A DNA stretch of 64,000 nt from the IMG/VR virus record IMGVR_UViG_3300032579_000531, positions 14,033 through 78,032 of that record. The stretch is one strand, 5' to 3'. This document shows positions 8,348 to 16,741 of this stretch, piece after piece (position 1 is the first letter of the stretch; every line of letters starts with the position of its first letter). The translations under genes were made by a program, and so were the position numbers. This stretch comes from a virus. The notes beneath the pieces were generated by a model. It was not told the origin of the DNA. It searched no databases and worked only from the letters and a program-made list of their open reading frames with translations.

Positions 8348-8550
8348 TTTTCAACTCCAAAATGTTTTTTCAAAACCTCAACACACCGACGAACTTCCAT
8401 ATCCTCACGGTTATTATCGCCCATATAACGCTTTTGTACAATATCAACACATTCCTGCACAATCAGGTCTGCAAGCACCTGCGCCCGATTAGCAATCTCA
8501 GGAGCCGCATATCCTGCTTCTAGCATTAGTTCTTTTAATCGTTCGTTCAT
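8344..8550 (-). CDS. 'KFAELIVREC/HFGVEE' family protein
   Basis: MNERLKELMLEAG...LADLIVQEC...KKHFGVEK. Confidence 0.8.
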   Translation of the reverse strand: MNERLKELMLEAGYAAPEIANRAQVLADLIVQECVDIVQKRYMGDNNREDMEVRRCVEVLKKHFGVEK

Positions 8551-8981
8551 GCTGTTTCCTTTGCTACTGCTTCGTGTAGTGGGTTAAACTCATTACTTGA
8601 GTCTAGTACATACCAAACACCGTGATCATACAAATAAAAATATTCACAGCCACTGGCTTCGTAATGCTCAACAAAATCTGCTTCGCTACCAAAGCTGACG
8701 AACGTAGCATCTTCCTCTTCGCGATCGCGATCGTAGAAAGTGCATTGTTGAGCAATCCCATCAGGTAAGTATTCCGAACGTTGTGAAAAGTCATGCTTCT
8801 CACCAATGTCTGCACCAATGCACGACATATCTCCCATGGAGATCAACTTGTTTACTTTGATGCTATCTTGGTAGTAAGTATCAATGCATAGGCCAACATG
8901 CCCAACATAACCATCGTAATGACAATAGATGGCTTTAATACGATCACCGTGCTTGATACCGATTGCTGAACGTGTACTCAT
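8547..8981 (-). CDS. conserved phage hypothetical protein
   Basis: MSTRSAIG...IYCHYDGY motif. Confidence 0.75.
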   Translation of the reverse strand: MSTRSAIGIKHGDRIKAIYCHYDGYVGHVGLCIDTYYQDSIKVNKLISMGDMSCIGADIGEKHDFSQRSEYLPDGIAQQCTFYDRDREEEDATFVSFGSEADFVEHYEASGCEYFYLYDHGVWYVLDSSNEFNPLHEAVAKETA

Positions 8982-9334
8982 TGTGCTTTTTCCTCCACCG
9001 ATTTAACATGCTTACATTCGCCACGGAACATAAACCCTGGGCATGTACATTTTAACATATTATCTGTTTTCTGGACAACATAAGTATCACCCTTACTACC
9101 TGTAAATTCCCACTTTTCTGATTTTACTTCGTCTAAGTTGATTTCACCTAGTTCTTTAACTTCTATAAAGGTTCTACGACGTTGATCAAAGTTCAACGGT
9201 TTCTTAAAGGTAACAGTATCGCCTGATCCGGCTTTGATATAACCATACATCTTGCTCTTATCAGTAGTCAACAAGTAAGTATGGTTTGGAGTTGGATGAG
9301 CCCAATCCCGAGTAGTTTCTTTGTAGAATTTCAA
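8978..9334 (-). CDS. SWIM zinc-finger protein
   Basis: CTCPGFMFRGECKH. Confidence 0.8.
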   Translation of the reverse strand: MKFYKETTRDWAHPTPNHTYLLTTDKSKMYGYIKAGSGDTVTFKKPLNFDQRRRTFIEVKELGEINLDEVKSEKWEFTGSKGDTYVVQKTDNMLKCTCPGFMFRGECKHVKSVEEKAQ

Positions 9335-9643
9335 TTACATGCTCCAGTAAGATTCACTAGCAGGTGACATGAATACTGGAGTGTTAATTGGTTCCATGAA
9401 CTTCTTACCAGTCATGATGTTAGTACGTTCAATCATGTTAGTATCTACCAACATAACTTTCATTTGCTTTAGGTATTCATCTGAAGCGCACATACGGATA
9501 CCGTTCTTGCCAGTAACTCGAATATCAATCCAAGGAATAGTTTGGCCTGCAGCATTTAGGTCCAGGACAATGTTTGTAATCTCACCAGTTAATTTACCAG
9601 CGGCACTAACCCAACTAATTTTGCTACCAATTTTTAAGTTCAT
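9335..9643 (-). CDS. hypothetical early protein
   Basis: AAGGAG RBS after an early promoter. Confidence 0.7.
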   Translation of the reverse strand: MNLKIGSKISWVSAAGKLTGEITNIVLDLNAAGQTIPWIDIRVTGKNGIRMCASDEYLKQMKVMLVDTNMIERTNIMTGKKFMEPINTPVFMSPASESYWSM

Positions 9644-9662
9644 TTACTGCTCCTTATTAATC

Positions 9663-9708
9663 ACTATACAAACATTATAGCATTTTGGCCTTTTTGGATC
9701 AACCAAAA
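9663..9708 (-). promoter_or_regulatory. repeated early promoter element
   Basis: TTGATC-17-TATAAT-GTTTGTATAGT. Confidence 0.75.
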
Positions 9709-9719
9709 TTTTACCCCGC

Positions 9720-9745
9720 AAAAAACCCCCATTTAAGGGGGTTTT
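9720..9745 (-). terminator. intrinsic terminator
   Basis: aaaaccccc-atttaa-gggggtttt after the PP-loop gene. Confidence 0.7.
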
Positions 9746-9762
9746 GGGGTGTTGTTTTTAGA

Positions 9763-10917
9763 CTACACTAAGTAGCTGTCCAAATCTGGCAACAAATACC
9801 CTGGGATATTGATATTATTGTTGATAATATAGTAAGGACTTGTACATTTCTTTAATCCCACCTGAGTGCCAGCGTTACGTGATATATATTGATCGTTTAT
9901 AGAGCTTAAGAACTGTTTATTAGTCCAACGCCAAGATTGAAAGTACTTGGGATTATAATCATTGATCCAATGGTCGCTTTTCCATAACATAGATCCTTTG
10001 GGTTTAGCGACCTGAAATGTATCTGGATTATAATCAGGACAACATACAATCTGATAGATGTGTTTATAGTAGGTGGAAATGTATTTTGTATCAGACCCTG
10101 TTAGCTTTAATTGTTTCATTTTTTCTAGGTTGTCTAAAATAAACTCAAGAATGTTGTGCGCCTGCATTACAGGAATCATTGGTGCGTCGGGGGACCAATA
10201 AAACATTTCTGTATTTCTGTCCGGGTCCTGAGCTCCGCCTAGATTATCAGTAAAATACGCATAAAAAGAATTGTTACTAATCCCGCATTTAATTTTATCA
10301 TATCCGAGTACTACGCCTACACTCTTATTTTTTTCTATTTGGGCTTGTTCAAATTTTGATTTACGATTAAATCTAAAAAACGATAGCATCGACTGATAGT
10401 GATTACTTGCAAAGAAATCTGATTCAGATAGTTCTTGCTGAATACATTCTGAGTAATCATCAACTACTATATTAGTATTAGGATAGTTCTTTTTAATATA
10501 ATCTAAGACAGGAACTACTGCGTATTCAAACTCACTGGATAAATTAGAAGAATCTTTATTGCTACTGTCGGGATCTTTGAATTTACGTTCAGCAAATGCC
10601 CAGCGTGTGAATATTTCATCAACGTGAATGCCATTACTTAAAAAACTATTCAATACCGTCCATGAGTCCATTCCACCACTAAAGTGTATGATTACATAGT
10701 CATACTTGTCGCGAATTTGCTGAGCACGTTCTCTATATAAATCTCTTAGGGTACCTGCGGGCCGGTGACTCCAGTTGATAGCATTAAATACATCGTCATG
10801 AAACTTCCAAATCAATTCTTTGCCTGTTTTGGAGGCTTGAAACACAGCCTCAGACTTGTTTATGTATATTTGATCGCCGACTGTATAATAGCCATGTGGT
10901 GAATTAATTGGAATCAT
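9763..10917 (-). CDS. PP-loop (adenine nucleotide alpha-hydrolase-like) protein
   Basis: VIIHFSGGMDS PP-loop; start MIPINSP overlaps upstream stop (ATGA). Confidence 0.7.
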   Translation of the reverse strand: MIPINSPHGYYTVGDQIYINKSEAVFQASKTGKELIWKFHDDVFNAINWSHRPAGTLRDLYRERAQQIRDKYDYVIIHFSGGMDSWTVLNSFLSNGIHVDEIFTRWAFAERKFKDPDSSNKDSSNLSSEFEYAVVPVLDYIKKNYPNTNIVVDDYSECIQQELSESDFFASNHYQSMLSFFRFNRKSKFEQAQIEKNKSVGVVLGYDKIKCGISNNSFYAYFTDNLGGAQDPDRNTEMFYWSPDAPMIPVMQAHNILEFILDNLEKMKQLKLTGSDTKYISTYYKHIYQIVCCPDYNPDTFQVAKPKGSMLWKSDHWINDYNPKYFQSWRWTNKQFLSSINDQYISRNAGTQVGLKKCTSPYYIINNNINIPGYLLPDLDSYLV

Positions 10918-11543
10918 CGGTAGCACATAAATGAAGTAAAACACCAGCTGGCATCAATAATTTGTATATTTTTAAATCCAATGCACTCTAAGGTATCCAG
11001 GTACCACTTGGGATCTCGGATATACATTATATCTTTTACAGCGTTTTCTTTAGATTCAATTTCTTCCAGAGTTACACCTTGCGCTAATTTCCAATTATGA
11101 TAATGATTTATAGCAGTAGGATCCAGACTTGTCTTTTCGCTTAAGATAAAGAAACCGTCTGGTTGCATATTACGATGTATGTCTATTAGATATTTTTCTT
11201 TATCTTCTATAAAGTGTAAAGTCCAGTTACACAGAACAGCATCAAATGTTTCGTTGGGAAATCTATCACTGTGTATCAATCTAGCAACGCTGGGATCACA
11301 ATATTTTAACATTGCATGACTGGCCTCGACACCTATTAAGTTATCAAATCCTGCAGAATTTAATCTACGTAGAGTTTCTCCTGTGGCGCAACCTACATCA
11401 ATGATGCAACTCGATTCTTCTAAGTACCATTTGCACATACTAACGCATTTATCAATTACAAGATCGTAGTTGGGTATATGTTGACGTGCATGGTCAACAA
11501 AGTTTTTGGCAATGCCATCATCAAACTTCCAAGGTTGGGTCAT
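10914..11543 (-). CDS. CmoA-like SAM-dependent methyltransferase
   Basis: WKFDDGIA..F..HARQHIPNYD, IIDVGCATG, CNWTLHF, ILSEK; start moved to MTQPW. Confidence 0.75.
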   Translation of the reverse strand: MTQPWKFDDGIAKNFVDHARQHIPNYDLVIDKCVSMCKWYLEESSCIIDVGCATGETLRRLNSAGFDNLIGVEASHAMLKYCDPSVARLIHSDRFPNETFDAVLCNWTLHFIEDKEKYLIDIHRNMQPDGFFILSEKTSLDPTAINHYHNWKLAQGVTLEEIESKENAVKDIMYIRDPKWYLDTLECIGFKNIQIIDASWCFTSFMCYR

Positions 11544-11553
11544 ATGGGTTATG

Positions 11554-12153
11554 TTACTTGATATTTTGGTAAAAGTCAATGGTCTTTTGTTGTTGCTCTC
11601 GAAAATCTTCTGCGGTTCCATTCCAGGGGCGGAACTCTAAATCTTCAAGACGTTGACGGTATTTGTCTTTTTTGAATCCATCAACTAATACTTGTTCTAG
11701 CTTCTTTGCTAATTCTGGATCCATTGTAGCTGGCGCAACGATGCCATACCAATTGTCTATATCTATTCCAGGATACAACGTACTTAAACAATCTATATCA
11801 AGGCCGCTGACACTATCTAATACAGCAATAGCGCAAACGTCGGGGTTAGCTTTTGCAGCCACCCAAGTGTCAAATGCAAAGTCTATTTCACCTGCAACCA
11901 ATGCTTCAGCCTGTGTGGTACTACCAGTATAGGTGCGGGTAGTGGGTGTGGGTAAGCCGGCAAGTTTAATCCATTGATTGATAACTCTTGCAGTTGGTTC
12001 GTGCCAGAATCCCAGAGTAAATCCCTCATGGACTTTTTTTAAAAAATCATTATAACTGCGAATATCTAGTGTGGAACGTGCTACAAGAACAAAACTGGTA
12101 CGGGCTACAGGTGTTAACGGGACAAAACTGTCCCGTGTATATCCTAAGGACAT
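11554..12153 (-). CDS. C-terminal part of split Bug/TctC (TTT) binding protein
   Basis: YTRDSFVPL, YTGSTTQAEALVAGEIDF, WYGIVAPATM align with the intact Bug next door. Confidence 0.8.
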   Translation of the reverse strand: MSLGYTRDSFVPLTPVARTSFVLVARSTLDIRSYNDFLKKVHEGFTLGFWHEPTARVINQWIKLAGLPTPTTRTYTGSTTQAEALVAGEIDFAFDTWVAAKANPDVCAIAVLDSVSGLDIDCLSTLYPGIDIDNWYGIVAPATMDPELAKKLEQVLVDGFKKDKYRQRLEDLEFRPWNGTAEDFREQQQKTIDFYQNIK

Positions 12154-12416
12154 TACGCTAGATTAGATCCAACGCTGGTAGCACAACCTACCATTAATTT
12201 GTCTGCTAAGTTTGCACCAACTGAAGTAGCACAACCTACCATCAAACTACTATCTTTACTCGAGGCGTAACGAGCACCAACAGCGTTATTATCGCCTGGC
12301 ATGTTTGTTACAGTAACGTCGTAACCTGCTTCTTTAAGAATATCCATAGCAATACGACCAACTGAGTCAGTTGCGCCACCTTGAGGATAAGGAACTACGA
12401 TTTCTAATTTTGACAT
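12153..12416 (-). CDS. N-terminal part of split Bug/TctC binding protein, no signal peptide
   Basis: IVVPYPQGGATDSVGR; internal 14-aa duplication; TAATG coupling to the next ORF. Confidence 0.8.
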   Translation of the reverse strand: MSKLEIVVPYPQGGATDSVGRIAMDILKEAGYDVTVTNMPGDNNAVGARYASSKDSSLMVGCATSVGANLADKLMVGCATSVGSNLA

Positions 12417-12439
12417 ATTATTACTCCGGGAATATGCAA

Positions 12440-13381
12440 TTATTTATCTACTTCTGCGGCAATACGCTTTAGTATCTGCAAATTACGTTTTTGTAACACA
12501 AGTAGAGATTCTGAAGTGCCACCATATGTTTTAATATTAAGCATATCCATCTTTTCGCGGTACTTAGATTCTTTAAATGCTGCATTAATGATTCGGTTCA
12601 ACTCGTCTACGGTAGCCTTGGGAGTACCTGTTGGAGCCCATAACCCGTACCATACACCCACATTCAATTCTGGGTGTGCAGTTGATATAGCAATAGCCGA
12701 GCTGTCGGGTTTAATTTTTTTAATAACTGATAATCCACCCTGGTCCAATGTAGCAAGTACACGGACCTTGTCGGCAGCAAAGAACGGCTGAATTGCTAAC
12801 CATGTATCAAATCCCGACATGACCTGCCCGCCAACTAAGTCCTGCATTTGCGGAGTAGATCCTTTGTACAAAATGATTGTCGGACGAGGCAACCCCTCTT
12901 TCTTAGCCCAATCATAAAATATATTAGCAGTATTGGCATTCCAAAACGCCAAATTAAATTTATCTGGATTCGCCTTAACATAAAATTTAAACTGTTCGTA
13001 ATTTTTAATAGGACTACCGGAGGGCACCGCCAGTACATAACTAATATTTGCTAACGGTACAATAGGAACAAAACTTTGTTCTGTGTATTCCATACCTTGT
13101 GCTTTAAATGCTATGTTAGCGTCAAGAGCACCTGTTGCACCAACAAACAATGTTTTGCCATCGGGTTTTCCTTTAGCAACATAATTGGCACCAATGACAG
13201 CATCAGCTCCGGGCTTGTTTACAACAATACTTGGCATACCGTGTTCATTAAGAATTTCGCCAACAATGCGTCCTAGACTGTCTGTGGCCCCTCCCGGTGG
13301 ATAAGGTACTACAATTTCAATTGGCTGTGCCGCAAATACTGCTGTTGATACAAATAATAATAGTGTTGCTAAAAATTTCAT
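12440..13381 (-). CDS. tripartite tricarboxylate transporter substrate-binding protein (Bug/TctC)
   Basis: Signal peptide MKFLATLLLFVSTAVFA, IVVPYPPGGATD, NKPGA, YKGS..DLVGG, WYGLWAPTGTP. Confidence 0.92.
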   Translation of the reverse strand: MKFLATLLLFVSTAVFAAQPIEIVVPYPPGGATDSLGRIVGEILNEHGMPSIVVNKPGADAVIGANYVAKGKPDGKTLFVGATGALDANIAFKAQGMEYTEQSFVPIVPLANISYVLAVPSGSPIKNYEQFKFYVKANPDKFNLAFWNANTANIFYDWAKKEGLPRPTIILYKGSTPQMQDLVGGQVMSGFDTWLAIQPFFAADKVRVLATLDQGGLSVIKKIKPDSSAIAISTAHPELNVGVWYGLWAPTGTPKATVDELNRIINAAFKESKYREKMDMLNIKTYGGTSESLLVLQKRNLQILKRIAAEVDK

Positions 13382-14229
13382 TTCTTCATCCAATCTACGT
13401 AATTTTTGTTCCACTCAGCGGGATCATTGAATATGTCCTCACACAAACTGTGATGACGTGCTTTTGAATCTCGTGTAAACTCTACAACAAAGCGACCAAT
13501 TTTCTTTGGATCTTTAAACATACCAAAGTTATCGGGGAACTCTGTTTTAAGTTGTTCGTAAACATCTAGGTTAGCAGTAAAGCCATTAATTTCCATAATA
13601 GTCTTTAGTGCAGCAATACTTGAGTTAGCGGCTGTACACTTGATACTGCCGTTAACTGCGGCCAGCATAGTCATGTCGCCAGCTTGCCATTCTGTATAAG
13701 GGATTTCGTATTCCAAGTCGTGCCAAAAGTCGTGCGGTAGTATATCTTGGTTGCCGTTCCACATCCACTTAGGATGGCGGCTTTCTACAATAATGTGATC
13801 ACCTCTATGTGCTAAGTGTCTCATAAACCAAGCATGGTCGTGGTGGCCAAATAATACACCCCAACAAAAGATAATATCATATTTTTCATCATTACCAAGA
13901 AAGAACTCTGTTAAACTTTGGTTAATGATTTCCCAGTTATTATCTTTATGATACTTAGTTAATAGTTCAGTTGCCGTTTCGCAAAACTCTGGACTAATCT
14001 CCACACCTGTGTAACTTGCGGCACCATTGCTTAAACACCAATCGCCTGTTTGTCCAATGAAGCTACCGATATCTAATATACGTTTATTAAGTAATCGCTC
14101 GGGAGGCAATAGCCATTCGTGTTTTTTAATTGTAATGTTAGGGTTCATTGGAACGCCACACTCTGGTGGACGATTCGCTCTAAAGTCTTTTTCCAAGAAC
14201 TCAGGATGTTGTTTGAAGGAGTTTATCAT
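13378..14229 (-). CDS. class I SAM-dependent methyltransferase
   Basis: RILDIGSFIG, YTGVEIS, YDIIFCWGV. Confidence 0.8.
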   Translation of the reverse strand: MINSFKQHPEFLEKDFRANRPPECGVPMNPNITIKKHEWLLPPERLLNKRILDIGSFIGQTGDWCLSNGAASYTGVEISPEFCETATELLTKYHKDNNWEIINQSLTEFFLGNDEKYDIIFCWGVLFGHHDHAWFMRHLAHRGDHIIVESRHPKWMWNGNQDILPHDFWHDLEYEIPYTEWQAGDMTMLAAVNGSIKCTAANSSIAALKTIMEINGFTANLDVYEQLKTEFPDNFGMFKDPKKIGRFVVEFTRDSKARHHSLCEDIFNDPAEWNKNYVDWMKK

Positions 14230-14250
14230 TTTATCTTTGAAAGTGAGAGA

Positions 14251-14266
14251 AGCCCCCGGAGGGGCT
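14251..14266 (-). terminator. hairpin closing the tmRNA coding piece
   Basis: agcccc-cgga-ggggct; weak U tract. Confidence 0.5.
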
Positions 14267-14548
14267 GGTTGTTTCTGTTACGAGGCATTTCCTGCCCTAA
14301 GCAGTTTTTAGGCTGCTAATGCGTAAACTGAATCGTTTGCGTCTATAGATTTGCTTGATTTATGGTCATCGCCTACCCTGTTGCCTTTGTCGCTATCTCA
14401 CCATGTCGAAACCTTGTCATCCCCACCCAAGTATACTGTCCCACGGACTTTGCACTCCCATTTGGTTGCACAATATACTTAGGTGGAGATGCCGGGAATC
14501 GAACCCGGGTCCACAATGCCTTTACTCTAAAGGAATTACAACAATTCT
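14267..14548 (-). ncRNA. ssrA: tmRNA, circularly permuted (two-piece)
   Basis: On minus strand the T-arm/acceptor 3' part (GGACCCGGGTTCGATTCCCGGCATCTCCACC, ending ~14482) comes first, then a ~57-nt intervening segment, then 5' GGGGATGACAAGGTTTCGAC (from 14424). G3-U wobble; tag ORF 14340-14308 = ANDSVYALAA* after ATAGAC. Outer ends approximate. Confidence 0.93.
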
Positions 14549-14630
14549 ATTGACTATCTAACCAATCCTTTAGTTCTATCATACAATATAATAAAACTGC
14601 TACAATCATAAGATAGGCCAGATATGTCAT
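14547..14630 (-). CDS. 27-aa membrane peptide
   Basis: MTYLAYLMIVAVLLYCMIELKDWLDSQ; TAAATA 5 nt upstream. Confidence 0.45.
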   Translation of the reverse strand: MTYLAYLMIVAVLLYCMIELKDWLDSQ

Positions 14631-14644
14631 ATAATTATTTAGTG

Positions 14645-14821
14645 TTAAATACAGCTTGCGCCGTACTTATTTTCACCTGGTGTGCTAGGGACAAACATGA
14701 TAGCTAGGCTAACGACCCATCCAACGTATGGTACTAGAGTTAGTAAAATCCATACACCACTTTGACCAAAGTCACGAATACGTTGACTACCTGCGGCCCA
14801 AACAGGACTTATACGCTTCAC
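14645..14821 (-). pseudogene. DUF805 (YhaH/YhaI-like) membrane protein, C-terminal half only
   Basis: QRIRDFGQSGVWILLTLVPYVGWVVSLAIMFVPSTPGENKYG matches the DUF805 C-terminal motif; N-half absent. Confidence 0.6.
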
Positions 14822-14843
14822 AGCGAGTGCCCGTTGTTAAAAA

Positions 14844-15173
14844 TTACTCAGCTACTGCGTCGAGTAATGCACGGGCTTTGATATCTTCCAAGCTAGGCTT
14901 GGCTTTTACCTTGGTTGCTTTGGCAGATACTGTGCCATTGTACTTGGCATCAGCTGCGTCAATCGCCGCTTTATAGTCAGCGTTTGCATACAACTCAGTT
15001 GTCTTAAGGAATACAACCAATGCTGGCTTGGTCATGCCTTCTGGTAGCTCGAGCAAATTGATATCGCTATCTGTCTTTGCAAGGATCTTAACACGAGTCA
15101 TGTCAGTAGCAAAACGTACTTTATACTGACCTTTAGTTTTAGAAACACCACCAACTTTGAACAATTTATTCAT
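14844..15173 (-). CDS. hypothetical protein, paralog of 60993-61412
   Basis: VGGVS..KVRFA..RVKILAK.D.DI.L.ELP..MTK. Confidence 0.75.
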   Translation of the reverse strand: MNKLFKVGGVSKTKGQYKVRFATDMTRVKILAKTDSDINLLELPEGMTKPALVVFLKTTELYANADYKAAIDAADAKYNGTVSAKATKVKAKPSLEDIKARALLDAVAE

Positions 15174-15303
15174 TTTGTAAAACTCCATTTTTAAGTTAAA
15201 TTAAATTTACTACATTGTATGCTGGACACACTCCAACATATTTCATATTATAGATTATTTCGAATTAAAATGCAACCATAATATGAAATTCCTTTTACCA
15301 AAA

Positions 15304-15432
15304 TTACTTGGCCAATTCTGTACTTTGGGACTTGACAGTTTCTACACCCTTGTCCATAATTCTAGCAATACCACTAAAGCCCACGGTTGCCAGGATCAAC
15401 CCAAATACTGTACCGATGATAAACATTTTCAT
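15304..15432 (-). CDS. small membrane protein (42 aa)
   Basis: MKMFIIGTVFGLILATVGFSGIARIMDKG... Confidence 0.6.
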   Translation of the reverse strand: MKMFIIGTVFGLILATVGFSGIARIMDKGVETVKSQSTELAK

Positions 15433-15434
15433 AA

Positions 15435-15617
15435 TTAGTCTTTCTTAGAAATTGATGTCTTGGTTAAACTCAGTAAAACTGCTGCCGCCATCCAATGTTC
15501 AAAATCTACTGGAATTGCCAGTGCAGGGAATAATGTATTCAATGCCCAGATTGCCGCAAGAGGCCCAACGACAATCATTAATACCATGAATGCTAATGCC
15601 AAAAGAATTTTACTCAT
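15435..15617 (-). CDS. small two-TM membrane protein
   Basis: Hydrophobic ORF, coupled. Confidence 0.7.
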   Translation of the reverse strand: MSKILLALAFMVLMIVVGPLAAIWALNTLFPALAIPVDFEHWMAAAVLLSLTKTSISKKD

Positions 15618-15898
15618 TATACACTCTCCAACATATTTGCAGGGACCTTGTAAACTGTACCAGCTGTGGTACGAACAAGAACGTTTTTAACACTGACCTT
15701 TTCAACCACACCGTTATAAACAATACCACGACGTGAATCTGTAAACTTAACCGATGTACCTTTTACTAAAGTACCTTTATTCTTTTGACCTAACTGAGCA
15801 CGGGCAAATTTAATTGCTTGACCAATGTCATCTAGTTCTGTGTTGGTAAAACTACCACTAATAATACTACTACGAATGTCATGTAAACTTGAGTTCAT
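15617..15898 (-). CDS. protein with C-terminal SH3/KOW-like barrel
   Basis: GTSVKF...GVVEKVSVKNVLV...YKVPANML. Confidence 0.65.
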   Translation of the reverse strand: MNSSLHDIRSSIISGSFTNTELDDIGQAIKFARAQLGQKNKGTLVKGTSVKFTDSRRGIVYNGVVEKVSVKNVLVRTTAGTVYKVPANMLESV

Positions 15899-15907
15899 AT
15901 CTTATCC

Positions 15908-16249
15908 TTAATCTAAACGTGATCCGGCGTAAGCCTGGAAACCATATCGCTCAAATACTTCTGCCGCGGCACGAGCGCCTTCTTCTTTAGTGTCGATATT
16001 CTGACAACCCATATCACTCGGATTCCAAATCTGGAAACTACCGGTGTAACTTTTACGAATACCTGCTGCTTTCATTGCACGTCCTAACTTGGTGTTACCT
16101 TTGATACCAAAAATGTCTACCCAAGCAAAACCACAACTATACTGATCTTGTCCGCCTAACTTTTCATTGAAGTATTTGCGAGCGGCACGTTGAGCGGCTG
16201 TTTTAGCTTCAAACACAATTTCTTCAATTTGCTTTTGATCGTAGTTCAT
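15908..16249 (-). CDS. conserved phage hypothetical protein
   Basis: CGFAWV...Q..DTKEEGA.A...SRLD motif. Confidence 0.75.
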   Translation of the reverse strand: MNYDQKQIEEIVFEAKTAAQRAARKYFNEKLGGQDQYSCGFAWVDIFGIKGNTKLGRAMKAAGIRKSYTGSFQIWNPSDMGCQNIDTKEEGARAAAEVFERYGFQAYAGSRLD

Positions 16250-16250
16250 A

Positions 16251-16406
16251 TTAAACTCCACACGCATCTAAAAATTTTGCTTGATCAAATCTAGGATTAG
16301 TTGATTGTGCTACCTTGGCAAACGCAATCGCTGTCGCTAACCGTTGGGCCATGTCAGGCATCGAACTAATCTCTTTAGCCATTGCTACAAAGTGTTTTCT
16401 GCTCAT
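16251..16406 (-). CDS. small conserved phage protein (51 aa)
   Basis: MSRKHFVAMA...NPRFDQAKFLDACGV; AAGGAG RBS. Confidence 0.7.
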   Translation of the reverse strand: MSRKHFVAMAKEISSMPDMAQRLATAIAFAKVAQSTNPRFDQAKFLDACGV

Positions 16407-16424
16407 TTACTGCTCCTTATTAGT

Positions 16425-16468
16425 TACTATACAACTATTATACTATTTTGGGAATTAATGGACAACCG
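16425..16468 (-). promoter_or_regulatory. repeated early promoter element
   Basis: TTGTCC-ATTAATTCCCAAAATAG-TATAAT-AGTTGTATAGT. Confidence 0.8.
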
Positions 16469-16470
16469 TT

Positions 16471-16656
16471 TTATGCTTGCCAATCTGTTGGTGCCAAGTC
16501 CACTGTTTCTTCAATTTCTGTCCACATATCGTACACACGATTAACTAGTTGAGCACGAACAGCAGGGTTTAACGGGAGCTTCTGCAACAATTCTTCAACT
16601 TCGTCCAGTTTGGAGTCAATTTCTTCTAGTAGTTCCAGAGTATAATTACTTGCCAT
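16471..16656 (-). CDS. small acidic helical protein
   Basis: AAGGA RBS, own promoter. Confidence 0.65.
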   Translation of the reverse strand: MASNYTLELLEEIDSKLDEVEELLQKLPLNPAVRAQLVNRVYDMWTEIEETVDLAPTDWQA

Positions 16657-16675
16657 TTAATAGTCCTTTTTGTTC

Positions 16676-16741
16676 ACTATACAAACATTATACATTATTG
16701 GTAATTTTTGGGTCAACCAAAATTTGTTGCGTAAATACAAC
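16676..16741 (-). promoter_or_regulatory. early promoter plus GTTG-N8-CAAC box
   Basis: TTGACC-18-TATAAT; palindrome 16726-16741. Confidence 0.7.

Noticed and set aside
12156-12245. RiPP/lasso precursor repeat processed by the PP-loop enzyme
   Set aside because: The repeat aligns with an ordinary Bug strand-helix (LFVGATGALDANIA in the intact copy), and no leader peptidase or RRE is present.
14482-14515. Stand-alone tRNA
   Set aside because: Only a T-arm and acceptor strand are present, with no anticodon arm; it pairs with the downstream GGGGATG of the permuted tmRNA.
14355-14561. + strand ORFs over the tmRNA
   Set aside because: Antisense shadows of the RNA gene.
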